Origin: Macrostomum lignano
Taxonomy: Eukaryota
Assembly (NCBI GenBank): GCA_002269645.1
Contig: NIVC01000873.1
Location: 62,001 to 126,000, forward strand
Direction of reading: 5' to 3'
Length of the DNA: 64,000 nucleotides
Each line of letters begins with the position of its first letter. Within the stretch, counting starts at the first letter, position 1. The notes under the pieces are model-generated. The model had not been told where the DNA came from. It saw only the letters and a list, made by a program, of their open reading frames with translations, and did no database searches. Both the position numbers and the translations under genes were made by a program. Shown in pieces: positions 22,801-37,800 of the stretch.

Positions 22801-25800
22801 AAGTCCTCTGTAATTCCATCCATAGACCTTTCCAGGAATAGCATGCCGGTGACTTCGTTGATGTAGAAGTAAGACAGCGCCGGATTGCCCGAGTCGTTCT
22901 GGATGGAATGTCGGATTACTTCCAGCTTCCCAAAGCCGACATCCATGTCAGTAGCCCTGACGGGGCCGAGCGTTGTGCCAATGGCCGACAATTCTAAGAT
23001 TGAAAACCCGTACAGACTTTGGTTGAACTGGGGTCCGTACAAGTTTCGATTCACGTTGACTGTGAGAACCATCATGGCGACATTTTGTGGATGAAGCGTT
23101 TCAAAGCAGGAAATGTTAATCTGCAAAAAGTAATTACGAAAGTACGGAAGTGTAGTACTTTCAAACATATTTGCTTGCACTTCTTAACGACGCGCCTTCT
23201 GTCGTCTATGCTAGTGTTCTAATTTACAGAAATTTACCTGATACTGAGTCAGACTGAGGGTGTCAAGCAGCAGCGACTTGGCAACGTACACCTCGCCGGT
23301 GGTCGAATTAATACCAAAAAAAAAGTTATCGGCGTTGCTGATTCTGAATTCGTAGCTTGACTGCAAGAAAATTGAAATTATAAATGAAATGGATTTTGTA
23401 TCAATAGAAAGAATAAATCCATAATTTTTCTCAGCAGCCTATTTAAAATAAACGAGAAAATACTTACGGTGCTGTTAATATCGAACGGTACAGCCTTATA
23501 GAAGACGGCGCCGACAGTCTGGGTGTAGTTGATGCTGACGGCAACGCTTGTCGTGTTAAATACCAACACGAATGCATCTCTGGGCACAAGCACATTTAGT
23601 CTAACTGTGGTTGTTCTGGGCACAACTCCGGAGTCAGTTGCTGAAATAATCAAGCTGAAGAGTCCCATACTAGTTTTCATTAGAGATGTTTTTAGATAGA
23701 CTGCGCCTGTCTTGGCGTTGATAAAGAAAAACTCGTCGTTAGTGGTATTTGGCTGTAGAGTGTACGTGATGACGCCTCCAGCATCTCTGTCCGTTGCAGA
23801 CATGTTGTAGATGTTGGTACCGATTTCTGTGGTCTCGCCCACTGTCACATTGAACTCGGAGGATAAGAACACTGGAGGGAACTCGTTTCTGATCACTGAT
23901 ATTGTCACAGTGGCCGTGTTGGTTTCAGCTAGATCAGCGAGGCTAAATGCTTGCACCCGAAGCTGAAATGCCAGTTTCATGAGAGTCATCACTACGAGCA
24001 CAAGCGAGTAAAGCAAAATATGAAAACACTGAGAGACGTACAATCATTCTGGTGATAGTTTCAGCGGTAAGAGCACTCTTCACAGTGATGTCAGCAGTCA
24101 TGTTGTTCACTTGAAAGTAGTCAGTGGCCAGTCCATCACCCAAAGCTACGTATCTAATCAGCTCCTGTTGGTGAAAAAGCAGGTTTTCATAATTGCGTTA
24201 TAAAACTACCAATGGTAATTAATCACAAATTCCAAGTCCGTCTAAATTTAAGTCCTACCGGTGATTTTTGACTTGTTGCATTGACGAACAGCACAGATGT
24301 GTTAACTGCTGCATTTTCGGAGACATTGATCGAATACTGCGCCGGAACAATGCCGAACACTGGAGTGACAGACTCATTCCGAAGTATGTTGATTGTAACA
24401 ATCGTGGAAACTTCCCTTCTTGGAACACCAGAATCAGTTGCTACAATACTTAGCTGAAAAATATAAAAGAGAACAGTTAAATTAGTTTTAATTTTAAACG
24501 GGGAAATCAATTTTGCTTAGTCTATTAGTGACAGTCGCAATAAAGTACCGAGAAGGTTGAAATAGTGGTTAGCTGCAGAGATTCCTTCAGTACAATCTGT
24601 CCTGTGTACGGCTGGACGAAAAAGAACTGATTGTCAGTGGCTGATCCATTCAGGCTGTAAGTGACCGTGTCCTGTAAAGAGAAGTTATGGTTTTAGCATT
24701 AAAAAGTTTGTTAGCAATTTTACCAAAATCATTCGTCGATATGTTTCTTACATTGTCAACAGTATCAGTGGCGCTGACTGTGACAACAGCTGTCCCAATA
24801 ATCCACTTTGGACCGATGGTTCGAGAGTACGGCGCAGACAAAACGCTGGGATAGCCTACATTTCGCCGAACATTGATGGTGACGTTTGCCACTGTCATGT
24901 CCTTTGGATAGGCGCTGTCGTAACCGGTTAACGATACCTAACAGGTTTAAACAGAGGAGTTTTAGATATCTATCTAATACGAGCTATTCTCAAAACTTGA
25001 TTGAGATCGATAAAAATTACCTGATATTGCTCCAGCACATCCTTGCGAAGAAAGTTAATTATGTAGAGTTCAACCTCGACTGAGATGTTCGTTGAGCTCA
25101 CATTGCGAATTCCGAAGAAGACGCCGGCTCCTGTGCTCAGAGCTTGAAGCGAGTACATTAAATCGCCCTAAAATAGTTCACCAAAAAAGTTTTAATGAGG
25201 TCAAGTTGAGTTTATTTGCATAAAAAATTAACTAGTAAAGCTCAAGCAGTTACTCACCATTCTGTCTCGATCAGTAAGGTTCAGTCGCGCTATTCCAGTG
25301 CCAACTGGAGTCGTGTCAGTAATATTGACGCTAAGAACAGACGGAGAGAACTCAGCAGGCCACGTTGAAGAGGCAAACGTCAACGTAACATTCAGCGCGT
25401 ATGGTCTGGCGATGCTTATCCCTGATGGCCAGTTTTCATTCAGCGAGATGGAGAAGTTGATCGAATTTCCTCCAGACCACGTGTTCAATGGCTTTATCGC
25501 GTAGAAATCTCTGCAAGTGGCTGGATCCAGGTAGATGAAGGTCTTAATTGTGGCTGCGCTAGCTCCTCCAGGTACGGACACAATGTCGCAATAATAGGGT
25601 GGTTGGAACGGTGGTTTTGTTGTGTCAACAATGGAAACAGATATGGGCAGTCGGGTGCCGATTTCTAGTACTGCCGAAACAGAGATTGACACAGTCGAGG
25701 GGTTGTACGAGGCAGAGTCATTGTTTCGCAGAATCCGGAGAGAGAACGCAGTGGTCAGAGCTGGGGATTGGTTGATGTCGCAGTTAAACAAAAATGCGAT

Positions 25801-28800
25801 GGTAAAATTCGCCCAGGCTTCAAGACTTCGGTCTTCAGTAAGCGATCGAGCTACTTGGATGTCAAACGACTGATATGGGCAGCCAGGACCTGTGCCGCAG
25901 TCGAGCGTCGGTCTTTTGACGATTTTAAAGAAGCTGGCGGCTAGAGTGCTTCCCAAAATGCTGGCGGAGTAGCTTGACATGAGAGAGTTACGCACAGCGT
26001 CGCTTGTGCCGTTGAGTTGATCATTATAGATGGTGACGGAGAATGCAGTTGTGTTTACCGGAACCGAATCCCACAGTCCGTCTAGTGGATTTGCGACGTT
26101 AGAAAGAATCTGGTCTGTTGGAAGAACCACGCGAGGTGGAGTTGTGATGTTGTAGCTTGAAATTGTCACTCGAACCAAACCAAGTCCTTGCTCCGTTCTG
26201 CCGTATTGGTCTTTTACAGAAATAACAGCGCTGGACAAGCCATCCCAGGCCTTAAGGCTTCCCAATACTGTAATGTCTCCTGTGCTTGGGTTTAGACTGA
26301 AATTTGAGCTAAAGCTACTGTCGGCGCTACTGATGGAGAATGTGAGCACCGTCCCGGACACTCGGCTGATGTTTAGGTCGGCCCCCGCCAGCACAACCGA
26401 GCCTGTCGGTAGGCTTGTACAGATCTGGCGATTGTAGACATTTTGCAGCACAACTGGGCCTGTAAAGTTTCGCTCGACTTCAACGCTCACTGTCAGCGTT
26501 GTCACACGATCGGGTCTTAGACTATCGTAGACACCGATAATGATCTGAATCGGAGTTTCATTAAATTTTTCTGTTGTTTTATTCTATTTTAAAGTAGTGA
26601 AATAGGAAAAAAGTTACTTATTATATATCAACTTACCCAATAACTTCCTCGTCTATCTACGTCTTTGTACAGCAGGTCGCGAACTGTAACATATCCTGAA
26701 CTGTTCACGGCGAAGAAGGTCTCAGCTGGGTACAGTCCACGAATGTTGTAAACTAGACTGCCGCGAAGATCTGCGTCCGTCACATTTAAAAATACGACAA
26801 CAGAGCCGATTGCTGCATTTTCTGTGATTCTGGCGGTGTAGTTGGCCTGGGCCGAAGTCGGAGGACTGAGATCCCGAGTCACGCTTACGTTTAGTTCAAA
26901 GTACACAATTTGAGCAGGGAAGCGACCGTCCGAAACAGATACGTTTAGCTAAAATTGTATATGTTTTCGTTGTTTTACAATCAGGCTTTCTTTTTTTCCG
27001 ACTTAAAAAGTGCACTAACAATACAATAAGCGTTCTTACCGAATAGTTTAGTTCCGAGCGAGTCAGTACACTCTGGCGGAGCGACACTTCGCCATTGACG
27101 GGATCTATGTAGAAAAGGTTGCTCCAGCTTAACAAAGAGAAGATTAGCTTATCGCCGTCAGCGTCTGAAGCGTTAACTTTGAAGAAAGAGACTCCGACTG
27201 GCTGCGCCTGGTCGATGGTGACTGAACCGGTGGTCAGGTTTCCGCTGATCATTGGTGGATTGGAATTCCGAATTACCAAGATTGTTAGCGTGCCTGTTGA
27301 AGACCCCCTGATAGATGGGCTCAGATCGTTGTCGTACGCGTTCAGCACCAAGTTGTACTGCAGGTTGCTGTCAAGCTCCAGGGATCGGTTCAGGGTGATT
27401 TCTCCTGTTACAGCGTTCACTTGGAAGAAAGATGGAGCCGGAACTATTCCGGAGACACTGTATCTGATGCTGACCTAAAATTGTAGAACGTACAATGCGG
27501 CATTTAGGAAGCGAATTTAAGTTTTGTTAGCCCGTAGTAGAGCAAGAGCACGGGTTAGAAAAATCTGGGTAATTATAAAATATTGATTGCAGAATCTTTC
27601 GATGCTGCCAGCAAAATTCAATTGAACGTTGAAAAGTTGGAAGGTATCAAATTTTTTATTCTTATTAGATTTTTAGAACTTAAAAATCACATACACACAT
27701 ACGATCCATACAAACAAACCATTTTTAGTATATAGGATGGTTCAAAGCTTAAAATGGGTGATTTAATTAGAATTCGAGTTGAAATCCAGTGCTAGTACAA
27801 ACTGTTTGTATGACTATAGTAGTATGTGTTCTTCTTTGTTTTATACTGTTTGTTCGTGTTTAATTTTAAAAACATAGAGACCTGGTTTAAAAGGTTTAAG
27901 AGTGAATTTTTAGAGTGAATTTGGCTAAAGTGGCATTGAAACTCCGGATAACATGGGAACACAAAGTAATACTCTATATACTGCAGAAGCGTTTAGGTAG
28001 AAAATTACCGCAAGCTGAAAATTTATCCGGGTTGAATATTGATGATTGAACTGAATTTTGATTGCCTATAGTAATGCACAAACACATTAAAACAATAATT
28101 GTCTTTAGCAGTTTCTTACTGAAGTCTTCAAATTAAGAGTTGCAACAGCTGTGTATAGAACATCGCCCACAGATCGGAACGCTGTCATGTTGATAGAATT
28201 CGGCAGGTTGGTGAATCTCGGAATGCTAGTCGAGTTGTCAATGGTTACCGTATAGGTGATCGGACTGCTGCACAGTTGCACCGAATTCGTGTCACAGGCT
28301 GTCACTGTAGCTTCAATAGAGCCAGACGACCCAGCCAAAGGCTGCTTGAGGTAGATAACTCCAGTCACCGGGTCCAAGTAGAGACGCCCAGACGGGTCCG
28401 TCATGTTAAAGCGAATCGTGTCCTAAAATTGTTTGTCGATAGTGCAGCCGCTACACCTACACGGTATCAACACAATATACTCGTAAGAAAAATAGGACCA
28501 TACTTACCCCAGAAGGATCGCTCGCGTTCACACTGAACAGAACGGATCCCAGAGAGAGTTCTATGCTAACTGTTCGACTTGTATCAGTGTCGTAGATAAC
28601 TGGCTTATCTTTGTTGTGAGAAATGGTGAAATTGACGAAACCGAAGCCCAAAACTTCCGGGAATAGCGTGTTGTAAGCGGTCACTTGAAGCTAAAACGGA
28701 GAAATCATGTTGTGCATTTGTTACTAGCGAAACAAATTTTCGGTTTTCCATGCAGAAGAAGCGTCAGTTTATAAAACATTCCTAACTCACCGACAACCCA

Positions 28801-31800
28801 GGCAGGTTCAGTGTAGAAACTCGATCAAGCTGACGAATGAGCCGGATTTCACCCGTAACTTGGTCGATTTCGAAGAAAGCATTCGCAGGGTACACGCCAA
28901 TCAGGCGGTAGCGAAGCTGGCCCACTGAATCGTTCATTGTTGCATTTACAGAGATTCCTATGCTAGCTGGCAGCGTCAAGGAAGTGTAATTGTAAGAGTT
29001 CAGCGTCGCAACAATTGTCGGTGGATTGAACACGATAGAACCGGCGCTTCTGACTATAGTAAATGAAACAACACTTTCTGTGGCTTTTGGAATGGTTCCG
29101 TTGTCCGTAGCCACCAGAGTGAGATTCACTTGGGCAGACAGGCCGGTAAGATTGCCAATCAAGAAAAGTCCTCCTGTTACCGGATTGACATAGAAGTAGG
29201 AGGTTAAGCCGGCCTCCTTTATCGAGTAGCGAATGGTATCGCCCGAGTCCGTGTCATTCGCAAAGGCCGTGAGCAGCAGAGAACCAACTCTAGCATTTAC
29301 TAAAACGTTCATTGATCTGCTGCCAGGATAGAACACTGGCCAGCCGGGGTTCCTGTCTACTGAGATAACTATGGCCTGATCCGTGTACTTTCCACTCGAA
29401 GCCTCTTTGACTCTAACAACGACTGTGTAGTTCACGGTGGTGTCGCCCATGAGGCTAGATTTCAATGTAATAGCACCGTTTGTTGAGTTGACATCAAAGA
29501 ATATGTTTGAGGGTGGAGTTCCAATTAGCTCATAGGTGAGGCCTCCAGCCTAAAAGTATAACGGGGAAATGATTACATAAATGAAAATAACCCATACGTA
29601 ATTTTAAGCAGCTATGTAGTAATATTCTTACCGTCCCATTTCTGTCCGGGTCAAAAGCAAAAACACCTCCGATTGTAGTTCCAACTGTAGTTTTCTCGCT
29701 CACATTGACGAATGTCTTAGTAGCGTTCAGATCAACTACCGGCGCTGAAACATCTCGAATGATGCTAAGTTGGGCAGTCACTGACGCAGACTGAGGCGTC
29801 GGAGTTCCATTGTCAGTTGCCGTTACGGTGATTGTCATCGTCGAAGACAGTAGACTTAGCAAGTTAGCTTTTACCATCAGAGCGCCGCTAGACGAGTCCA
29901 GATAGAAGTAGGTGGCAGCATCGGATGTACCATTGAAAGAATAAGTGATGGCGTCTCCATCGAGATCCGTTGCTGTAAATTTGTAGGCCAGAGATCCCAG
30001 CTCAGATCTTTCATTTACGTTGATGGACACTGTGGCTGTGCTTGGCTGAGTAAATACCGGTGCATTTAGGTTTCTGTTCACAAACACTCGAATCACGGTA
30101 GTGTTCCCGTTGTCCGGATAGTCTGGGGTGTAAGCTTTCACTTCTAGGTCATAGTAGGTTCGAGTGTCACCGCTAAGCGACTGATTAAGAGTGACGGCTC
30201 CGGTCACGGGATTGATTTTAAAGTAAGTTGTTGCGGCGTCTTTTCCAATTAAAGTGTAATACACTGTTCCGTTGCCTGGGCCAGAGGAGTCTCCGTCGAC
30301 TGCGTTCACTGTTGCGACCGGTGACCCCACTGTTAAATTGCTGGAAATATTGACGGGCGATGTCGGGATTGGAGAGAATATTGTAGGCGAAGAGTCTCGC
30401 CGAATGGTTACTGTCAGGTTGATGAGAGCAATATTTGGAGTCGGCTGTAGACTGTCGGTCACTTGAACTGTCAAGTTGAAGAGGCTTATTCAGATGCGGT
30501 TAGAACCTGCTTCACGCGAATGTCACCAGTCAGCGGGTCAATGAAGAAGAAGTTTGTTGCCGCTGGGTCATCCAAAAGGCTGTACTGAATGGCGCCGATC
30601 CCGGCCGTCTGGCTGACGCGAATCGAGGCGTTGATTGAGGAACCTAACGGCGACTTCTCCCACACAACAATTGAGCTAGTGCCTCCAACTGGGCTGGCTA
30701 TACTGAGCGAGCCAGGACTCCAAGCAACGTTCAGCGAGAAGGTGCGCTGGTACACCTGCTTTGGATAATACGAGTCATAAACCTGCACTTGAATCTGAAA
30801 GGAAGACGAAAAGTAGAGTTTGCAGAAAGAAAAATGTTTAACAGAGAAATTATTTTGTAACAAATCGAATAATATCCTACAAAGTATGTCGACTGCTTCA
30901 GTGGGTTGTCCACAAACGACCTTGATGTAACGACGGTGGCCAGCGATCCGTTTACGGTGAGATTGAAGAGAAAATTCGATGGATAAGATCCAATAATCGA
31001 GAAAACTGGTGTTCCTCGGAATGTGTCATTTGCTAGAATGGTTCCGATTGACACGCCTGCGGCATTCAAATCCGTCACATTAACTGTCCCAAAAACAGTC
31101 TCGCTAGCCGGTCTACCACTGATGGACAAGAACGGCGATCCGGCATCTCTGACCACCGTGAGGGTCACGTAATGCATTGCTTGCCAACGAGAGTCCTTGG
31201 CTTCAATGGCGAACTATAAAATTTCGTGAGTAGCTCGTACATTAAATTTATGCTCGGTAAAAACAGATAAAGCAGAGAAAAACAGACTGCGATCTAGTTG
31301 CGACTTACTGTCAAGGCGGTGAAATTTGCCGGTGCAGTTAGCAGCTTCTTCACTGCAAGCAAACCGTGCAGTGGATCTAAATAGAAGAACTCATTCAGTG
31401 TGGCCAGGTCTGAAGAACTCGCTATGCTGAATTGAATTGGGTCCTGAAATCGGAAAGGAATCACGAATGCGTCAGAATACGATCTCTCTGGTGTTGATGC
31501 CTACGAAAATACTTACGTAAGTGTCCGGTGTTGTAACATTAAAAGAGCAACAGAAGATAAAACCAATATTGGCGACTTCTTCTAGAGTGATAGAAAGATT
31601 CTGTTGCGTCATCTGCGCCGGCTTTGGCACTCTTGTGATGGTAACGTACACGGCAGCCATTGGCGAGCTTGTCAGTGCTGGATAGCCACCATCAACAGCG
31701 TTAACCATCAGAGTTACGTTGCTGACTGAAAAATTCAGGCCAGTGAGGACGCGATTGATGGACAGTGCTCCGTTTGCCGAGTTAATTGAGAAAAATGGGG

Positions 31801-34800
31801 CTGCTTCCGCTGGAAGTACACTGGCAATAGAGTAAGCGATGACGTTATTCGGTGCGGTAGGGTCGCCATCAGTGGCGCTGACCGAAATTCCCAGATTTCC
31901 AGCCGGCTGGCGCTCGGTGATGTTGATAGAGTACGTAACAGGTGAGAATACAGGTGGTTGCAGACTGCGGTAGACATTCACAGTTAGAATTGTGACGTTC
32001 GCTTTGGGTATGAAGCCTCCATCGGCAATGCGGACACGAAGCTGAAATTTTGAACAAATTTTGAACAAATTTTGCTTAGCGAAGGCATGTATTTCCTATT
32101 TCGTCATCAAAACTAAATTATTTGAAAAAACAAAGCTCTAGATTTTCATAAACTTACTGAGAAAACAGTCTGCGTTGTCGCGTTAAAGTTTCCAGTTACT
32201 GTAACAACTCCAGTCGAAGGATCAATGCCAAAGAAATTTGTCGCCTGATCGTCCCCGATTAGCGAGTAGGTGATTGTGTTAAAAGGTACAACTGTGTCAT
32301 CGTCTCTGGCAAGAATCTGGGTAACATTGCTGGTAGGGAGGGCCAGGTAGTCAATGCTCACATTCGTTGGATTAGTGAGCAGGAAGTAAGGACTGTACAA
32401 ATTCCGCTGAGTCGATATGCTTAATGTACGCGTTAGTGTCGATTTTTCTGGCGTGCCTAGATCGTACGCGGTGACGTTGAGAGTGAATGTAGTGCCCATG
32501 CAAGGACTTGCTAGCAAGCTAGACTGTAGAAGAACTTGACCGCTGACTGAATTCACGAAAAAGCATTGCTTTGCCGTGTCGTTTTCTAGGCCTTCCAGGC
32601 GGTAACGGACTTGACCACTAGTACCAACTGTATCCTTGTCCGTAGCCTCTAGGGTGTAGACTAGGTAGCCCGGGCCCCTGTCCTCAGCCATCGCCAGGTT
32701 TGTGACGGTTACATTTGGAAGCACCCACTCTGGGGCGTTGAGATTTCGGTTGACAGTCACTGTTACATAGCTCGTGGCACTGAGTGGCGGCATTCCTCCA
32801 TCCTGGACTAAGACTTCAAACGAATAAACCGCCTGCGTCTCTACCGCAACCGACTGTCTAAGATAGAGTGTACCGTTTGTAGCAACACCGAAGAAAATCA
32901 GTGCACTAGATGATCCGACGATTGAGTAACTTAGCATATTGAATGGTGGCTGTAACGGTAAAAATAGGAAAAGCATATTTAGAAAAGACTTACTCTCATT
33001 GCTACGAAAGTAGTTACGAATGGCTTACATTTGTATCGGCATCCGCTCCTGGAATAGTCAATGGAAGCGAAGATCCAACCGGCAGAGTCTCGTTGATGAC
33101 AATCGAATAGTTGGCTGGCACTGTTGGAGCAAAGTTGTTTCGAAGAATAGTGATGTTGACCGAGCCTGCGACATTGAGACCGCCGCCATCAGTCGCCACT
33201 AGATTAAGCTGAAGTTCAAGAATCAAAACTTTGTATGAATCAACTGTTTCAATATTATTATCACAAATACGCATTTGCTTAACTTTTGAATAAATTCATA
33301 AATTCAAGATTGCTTACCACAACATTCGATACATTTCGGAAGCCATCATAGAGCGGCTTTTGTATGGACAAAAAGCCTTGACCAGTTGACGCGTCGGAAT
33401 AGAAGCGGAAGTAATCAGTTGCATAGGTACTTGGAGCTTGGAGCGAGATGGTTATTTGGCTGAAGACTCCCTGTAAATTTTGTTTAAAAGTGAACAGGAA
33501 ATTTCAATGAAAGTTCAAAAGTGATTAATATCGATGATAAACCTTACGGGATCGTTCAAGCACAAATTTGTCACTCCTGCTGATGTAACGCAGGTTGAAT
33601 CTTCAGTTGCATTCAAAGTCAAAACAACCTGATTCAGTGCTTGAGTCTCCAGAAGGGCAATATTCAGTGCACTAGAATGGCTCCATTTTGGTGTTTGAAG
33701 ATTTCTGTTGACTCTAAGAATCAAGTTCAAGTCAGTGAAGCGCTGAGTTGCCTCGCAAGCCGATGGAGTTGAGTAGCTAGAGCATGCGTTTGAGTCATAC
33801 GCACGAAGTTGCAGCTGGAAAAGTAACAAAATCGTAACTTTAGCTCGGACTTGATTGCGTAGAGAAATTCAATAACTTAATTTAACTTACGAAGTACTCA
33901 GAAGCCGAATCGTTCAGGATCTGGTCGGCAACAGAGATTAGAACATCAAGTCCTGTTGAATTTTGCGCGTACGGAGTTTCCGCCTTGAACAACAGCTTTG
34001 TTCGATAATCGCCAATTACTTCGACACGGATCTGATTGTAAAAGTTCTGGCTGTCTGCATCTGTAACCCGAAGACTCTGTAGGATGACGCCGTTAACAAC
34101 GGACGCGTTGAGAGTTATTGGGCCTGTTGGGGCTCCGACCCACTGTGGACTTGCTTGATTGGACAAGATGGTTATAGTAAGAATCACAGATTCACTTTGG
34201 AGTGGAGGCGTACCGAGATCTTCAGCATAGACAGTTACCTGCACAGTTACAAGGGGGCAATAAATCTTAATACTTTAGAAATGGCCTTAATTACAAGCTA
34301 TCTGTTTTTGCTTTAAGTGACGCTGCCTGATACTGCAAACTTGGCTTGACTTTGAACTATTTTTAAAAATTAGAATGCCAGATAAGTAAAATACTCTTGC
34401 TTGAGCATCTTTGCTTCTAGTGCTGTATAGTTGACTCCTTATTAAAGTTGCCTAGAAATTCAGCAAGACGATAATTGAGCTTGAAGAGCACTCACGTTTA
34501 GTGCAGGCTGTCCAACTTCCAATAGTGACGCGATTGTCGTAACTTGTCCAGTCGTTGAATTAATTGTAAAGTAATCATTCGGAACGATTTTGTAGGTCAC
34601 ATTTGAGTATCCCGGCTACAATTGGGGAAGTTGACAATTTTAAATCCATTAGTATTTTTCAATCTACGAGAGTGACAACTTAAAGTAAGAGCGTATAAAA
34701 TAATTACCTCGGTATCAGAGTCGACGGCGGTAATCAACGCGCCGGTGTTGGAGCCAATGACGGAAAACTGGAAGATTGTGCCGTTGACCTGACTATTCAA

Positions 34801-37800
34801 AACAGGGGCAAACAGGTTCCGGCTCACTGTGATCGTCAGAGTGCTCTCACTCATCTTCGACGGATAGCCACCATCTGAGACGCGGATGCGCAGCTGGAAG
34901 CTAGTCTCCAAGCCAGTCAGGGCTCGTGTCAGATTTACAGTGCCGCTGATCGGGTTGATAAAAAAGTACAGCGGCGCGCTTCCGTCGCCGATGATGGAAT
35001 AGGTTAGCTGAGAATACTCTGCGGGCTACAATTAAAAAATAAATGTACAATTAGTTTATTACATCATACATTGAATTCGGTATGTATCAGAACAAGTTCC
35101 GTATTGTTGCATACATTTCCTGTCACTGTCGAGTCATTGTCCGTGGCTGTAGCCGTCATCAATACTCTGCCGATGCTGGAATTCCTTTCGAGAGTTAGCG
35201 TCGCCGGTAGATTGGTCAGTTCCGGCGCGAACTGGTTCCTGAGTACGTTGATTGTGATCTGGGACACTGCGCTCTCTTTTGAGCCGCTGACTCCAGAATC
35301 GAACGTCGTGTATTGGATCTGTGAAAAGAAAATTGAAACAGTTTACTCGTATTTTGCGAGTAATCCACGGATGGAGCAGTGTATTTTTATGCGCTCTAAC
35401 CAATGCCAACCTATAATGCACTTTCATTCAGTTCAAAGAGCGTTTGTGCTTAATAAAGTGATAGGGGGGTTAGTAAAATATGAATATTCATATATCCTAC
35501 CGTGAAACTCATCGCTGTTGTCGACGTCAATGGTGATTGAATATACAGCCTGCCATCCAGTGTCAGGAAGAAAAGGCGACCAGCCTCAGACGAAGCTGAT
35601 GCAGCGGTCATTCGGTACACCAGGTTGCTGGCCGGCTCTCCGCTTGGATCCGCATCGGTGGAGTTCAGCGCTCCGATCTGGTTGCCGGGAGACTCGGTCT
35701 CCTTGACGGTGAAAACTTGCTGATAGCTGACAGGCGTATTCAGGTTGCGCTCTAGATCGAGGAGCACTAGCGTCGTCGCCGTCATTGGTGGAACGCCAGC
35801 GTCCCGAACGCCGAGGACAAGTGAATAATTAACCACTGCGCTGTCAAGGCTGAGATTGGCAGCAACAAAGATCTGACCGTCGGTGCTAACGTTGAATCGA
35901 TGACTTCCATCGGCATAGCCGTCACTGATCAGGTAGTAAGTTAGACTTGAGAACGTAGTCTATAATTTTAGATTGAGCAGGCATGAAAGCTTGGTGCGGA
36001 ATATGAAGTATCGATACGGAGATAAAATACTTGCTGATAATTTGAACAGACAATGCAGGGTGCTTTTGCTTACCGACCAATCTCTGTCAACAGCTGTTAC
36101 TTGACCGACGAAGGTATTAAGCGCTGCGGTACGAGCAACGTTGTACCTATACAAGCTTTGATTAAAGGCTGGGGCATTCAGATTACGAGCAACATTAACC
36201 GTGATTGAGACATTTGAAGTTCCATCCTTTGGTGGTGAACTGCCATCCATCACTCCAATCGTCAGCTAGAAATGGCAAATAAGCGTCAATATGCTTGTAG
36301 TTAAGACTAGGTTAGAGCTTTAAATCATAAACAAGGTAAATGAGTAATATTATACCTGGTACGAAGTAGTTTTTGCCGCGTCAAGCAGCAGCGATGCTCG
36401 TAGACGAACTTCTCCGGTATTCTCAACAACATAGAAGTAGCTCTGCGCCAGGCCACTTCCCAGAAGTTTGTAACGAATGGAGTTGTATGGAGGCTGAAAA
36501 AAGTAATTTACATGAACTCAGTTTAGGTTTAATGATTTGGCTAGAGCGGATATTTATTCAGATTGGATATGAAAGCTTACAAATGGATCCGAGTCGTTGG
36601 CATAAACTGTGAACAATAGAGAGTCCACGGTGGAAGTTTCAATCACGGACACGTTGTCGGCGTATCCGGGAGCCGTTGGGATGTAAATAATTGGAGCGAA
36701 CAGATTGCGATCCACTTGCACCGTGACAAGCGTTACGTTTGTTTTTGGTGGATTTCCGCTGTCCTTCACCATGATGGAGAGGTAAAATGTCGTTTGGTTG
36801 GTGTTGCTAATTAATTCTCTAGTCGTTACTTCTCCACTAGTGGAATTGATAGTAAAAAACGCCAGCGAAGACGCGTCCCCGAGCAACGAATAGGTGAGTG
36901 TGTTAAAAGGCGATACATCTGCATCGGTCGCCGTGATTCGAAACACATTTGTGCCCACAGTTGCTGTTCTGTTCAGAGATACTATTGTGATTGCGCTGGT
37001 GATGATCGGGGTGTTCAGGTTCCTCACAACTGTGACGTTCAAGTAGTACAGATTCAGTCCAGACTTGCTAGGTGTGGCTTTGTCTTGGATTGCGAAGGCC
37101 AACTAAAAGGTACGTTAGTTTAATGCAGTACAACTTGCGGTACTTAATGATGACAGGAAATGCAAATACTATACTAGATAATTAATTAAACTGCTGGAAT
37201 TCGCATTCCATACCTGGTATGAAGTTGAGGCGCTTGCGTCGAGAAGGAGAGATCTCTTCAGGAATATGCTGCCGGTCGGTGTTACATCGAAGTATGTAGT
37301 AGCCGAGCCATTACCTACTAGAGAAAATGTGAACTCATTGTACGGAGCCTGAGTATCATTATCACGACCAGTCAAGACGGATAAGACATCTCCGAGGGAT
37401 TGAGTCTCTGCTAGGGTCAGAGATAGGCCAGTTGAGTTAAGAAACTCGGGAGGGTACAAATTTCGGTTGATGACCACTGTTATCAGCGCCTGGGCAGTCT
37501 TCTGGGGGCTTCCATTGTCGGCAGCTAGAATTCTCAGCTGCAAAATTTACAGTGTATATTATTTAGAGTAGCGTTGGAAGTTATTCATCAAGTTAAATGA
37601 TATGATGTTCCCTTGTCAGGGAAATGAATTGACATATAAAAACGAATGCACTGTTACCTGATACTGAGTGGCGGTTTGTGTAGCAATGCTAGCAGATATC
37701 AGGCTGATCTCTCCCGTGGCAGAGTTCACCGAGAAGTAGGTGCTGGAATCGCTGTCACCAATAAGCGAGTAAGTAATGATGGAGCCGAATACGCTGTCGC

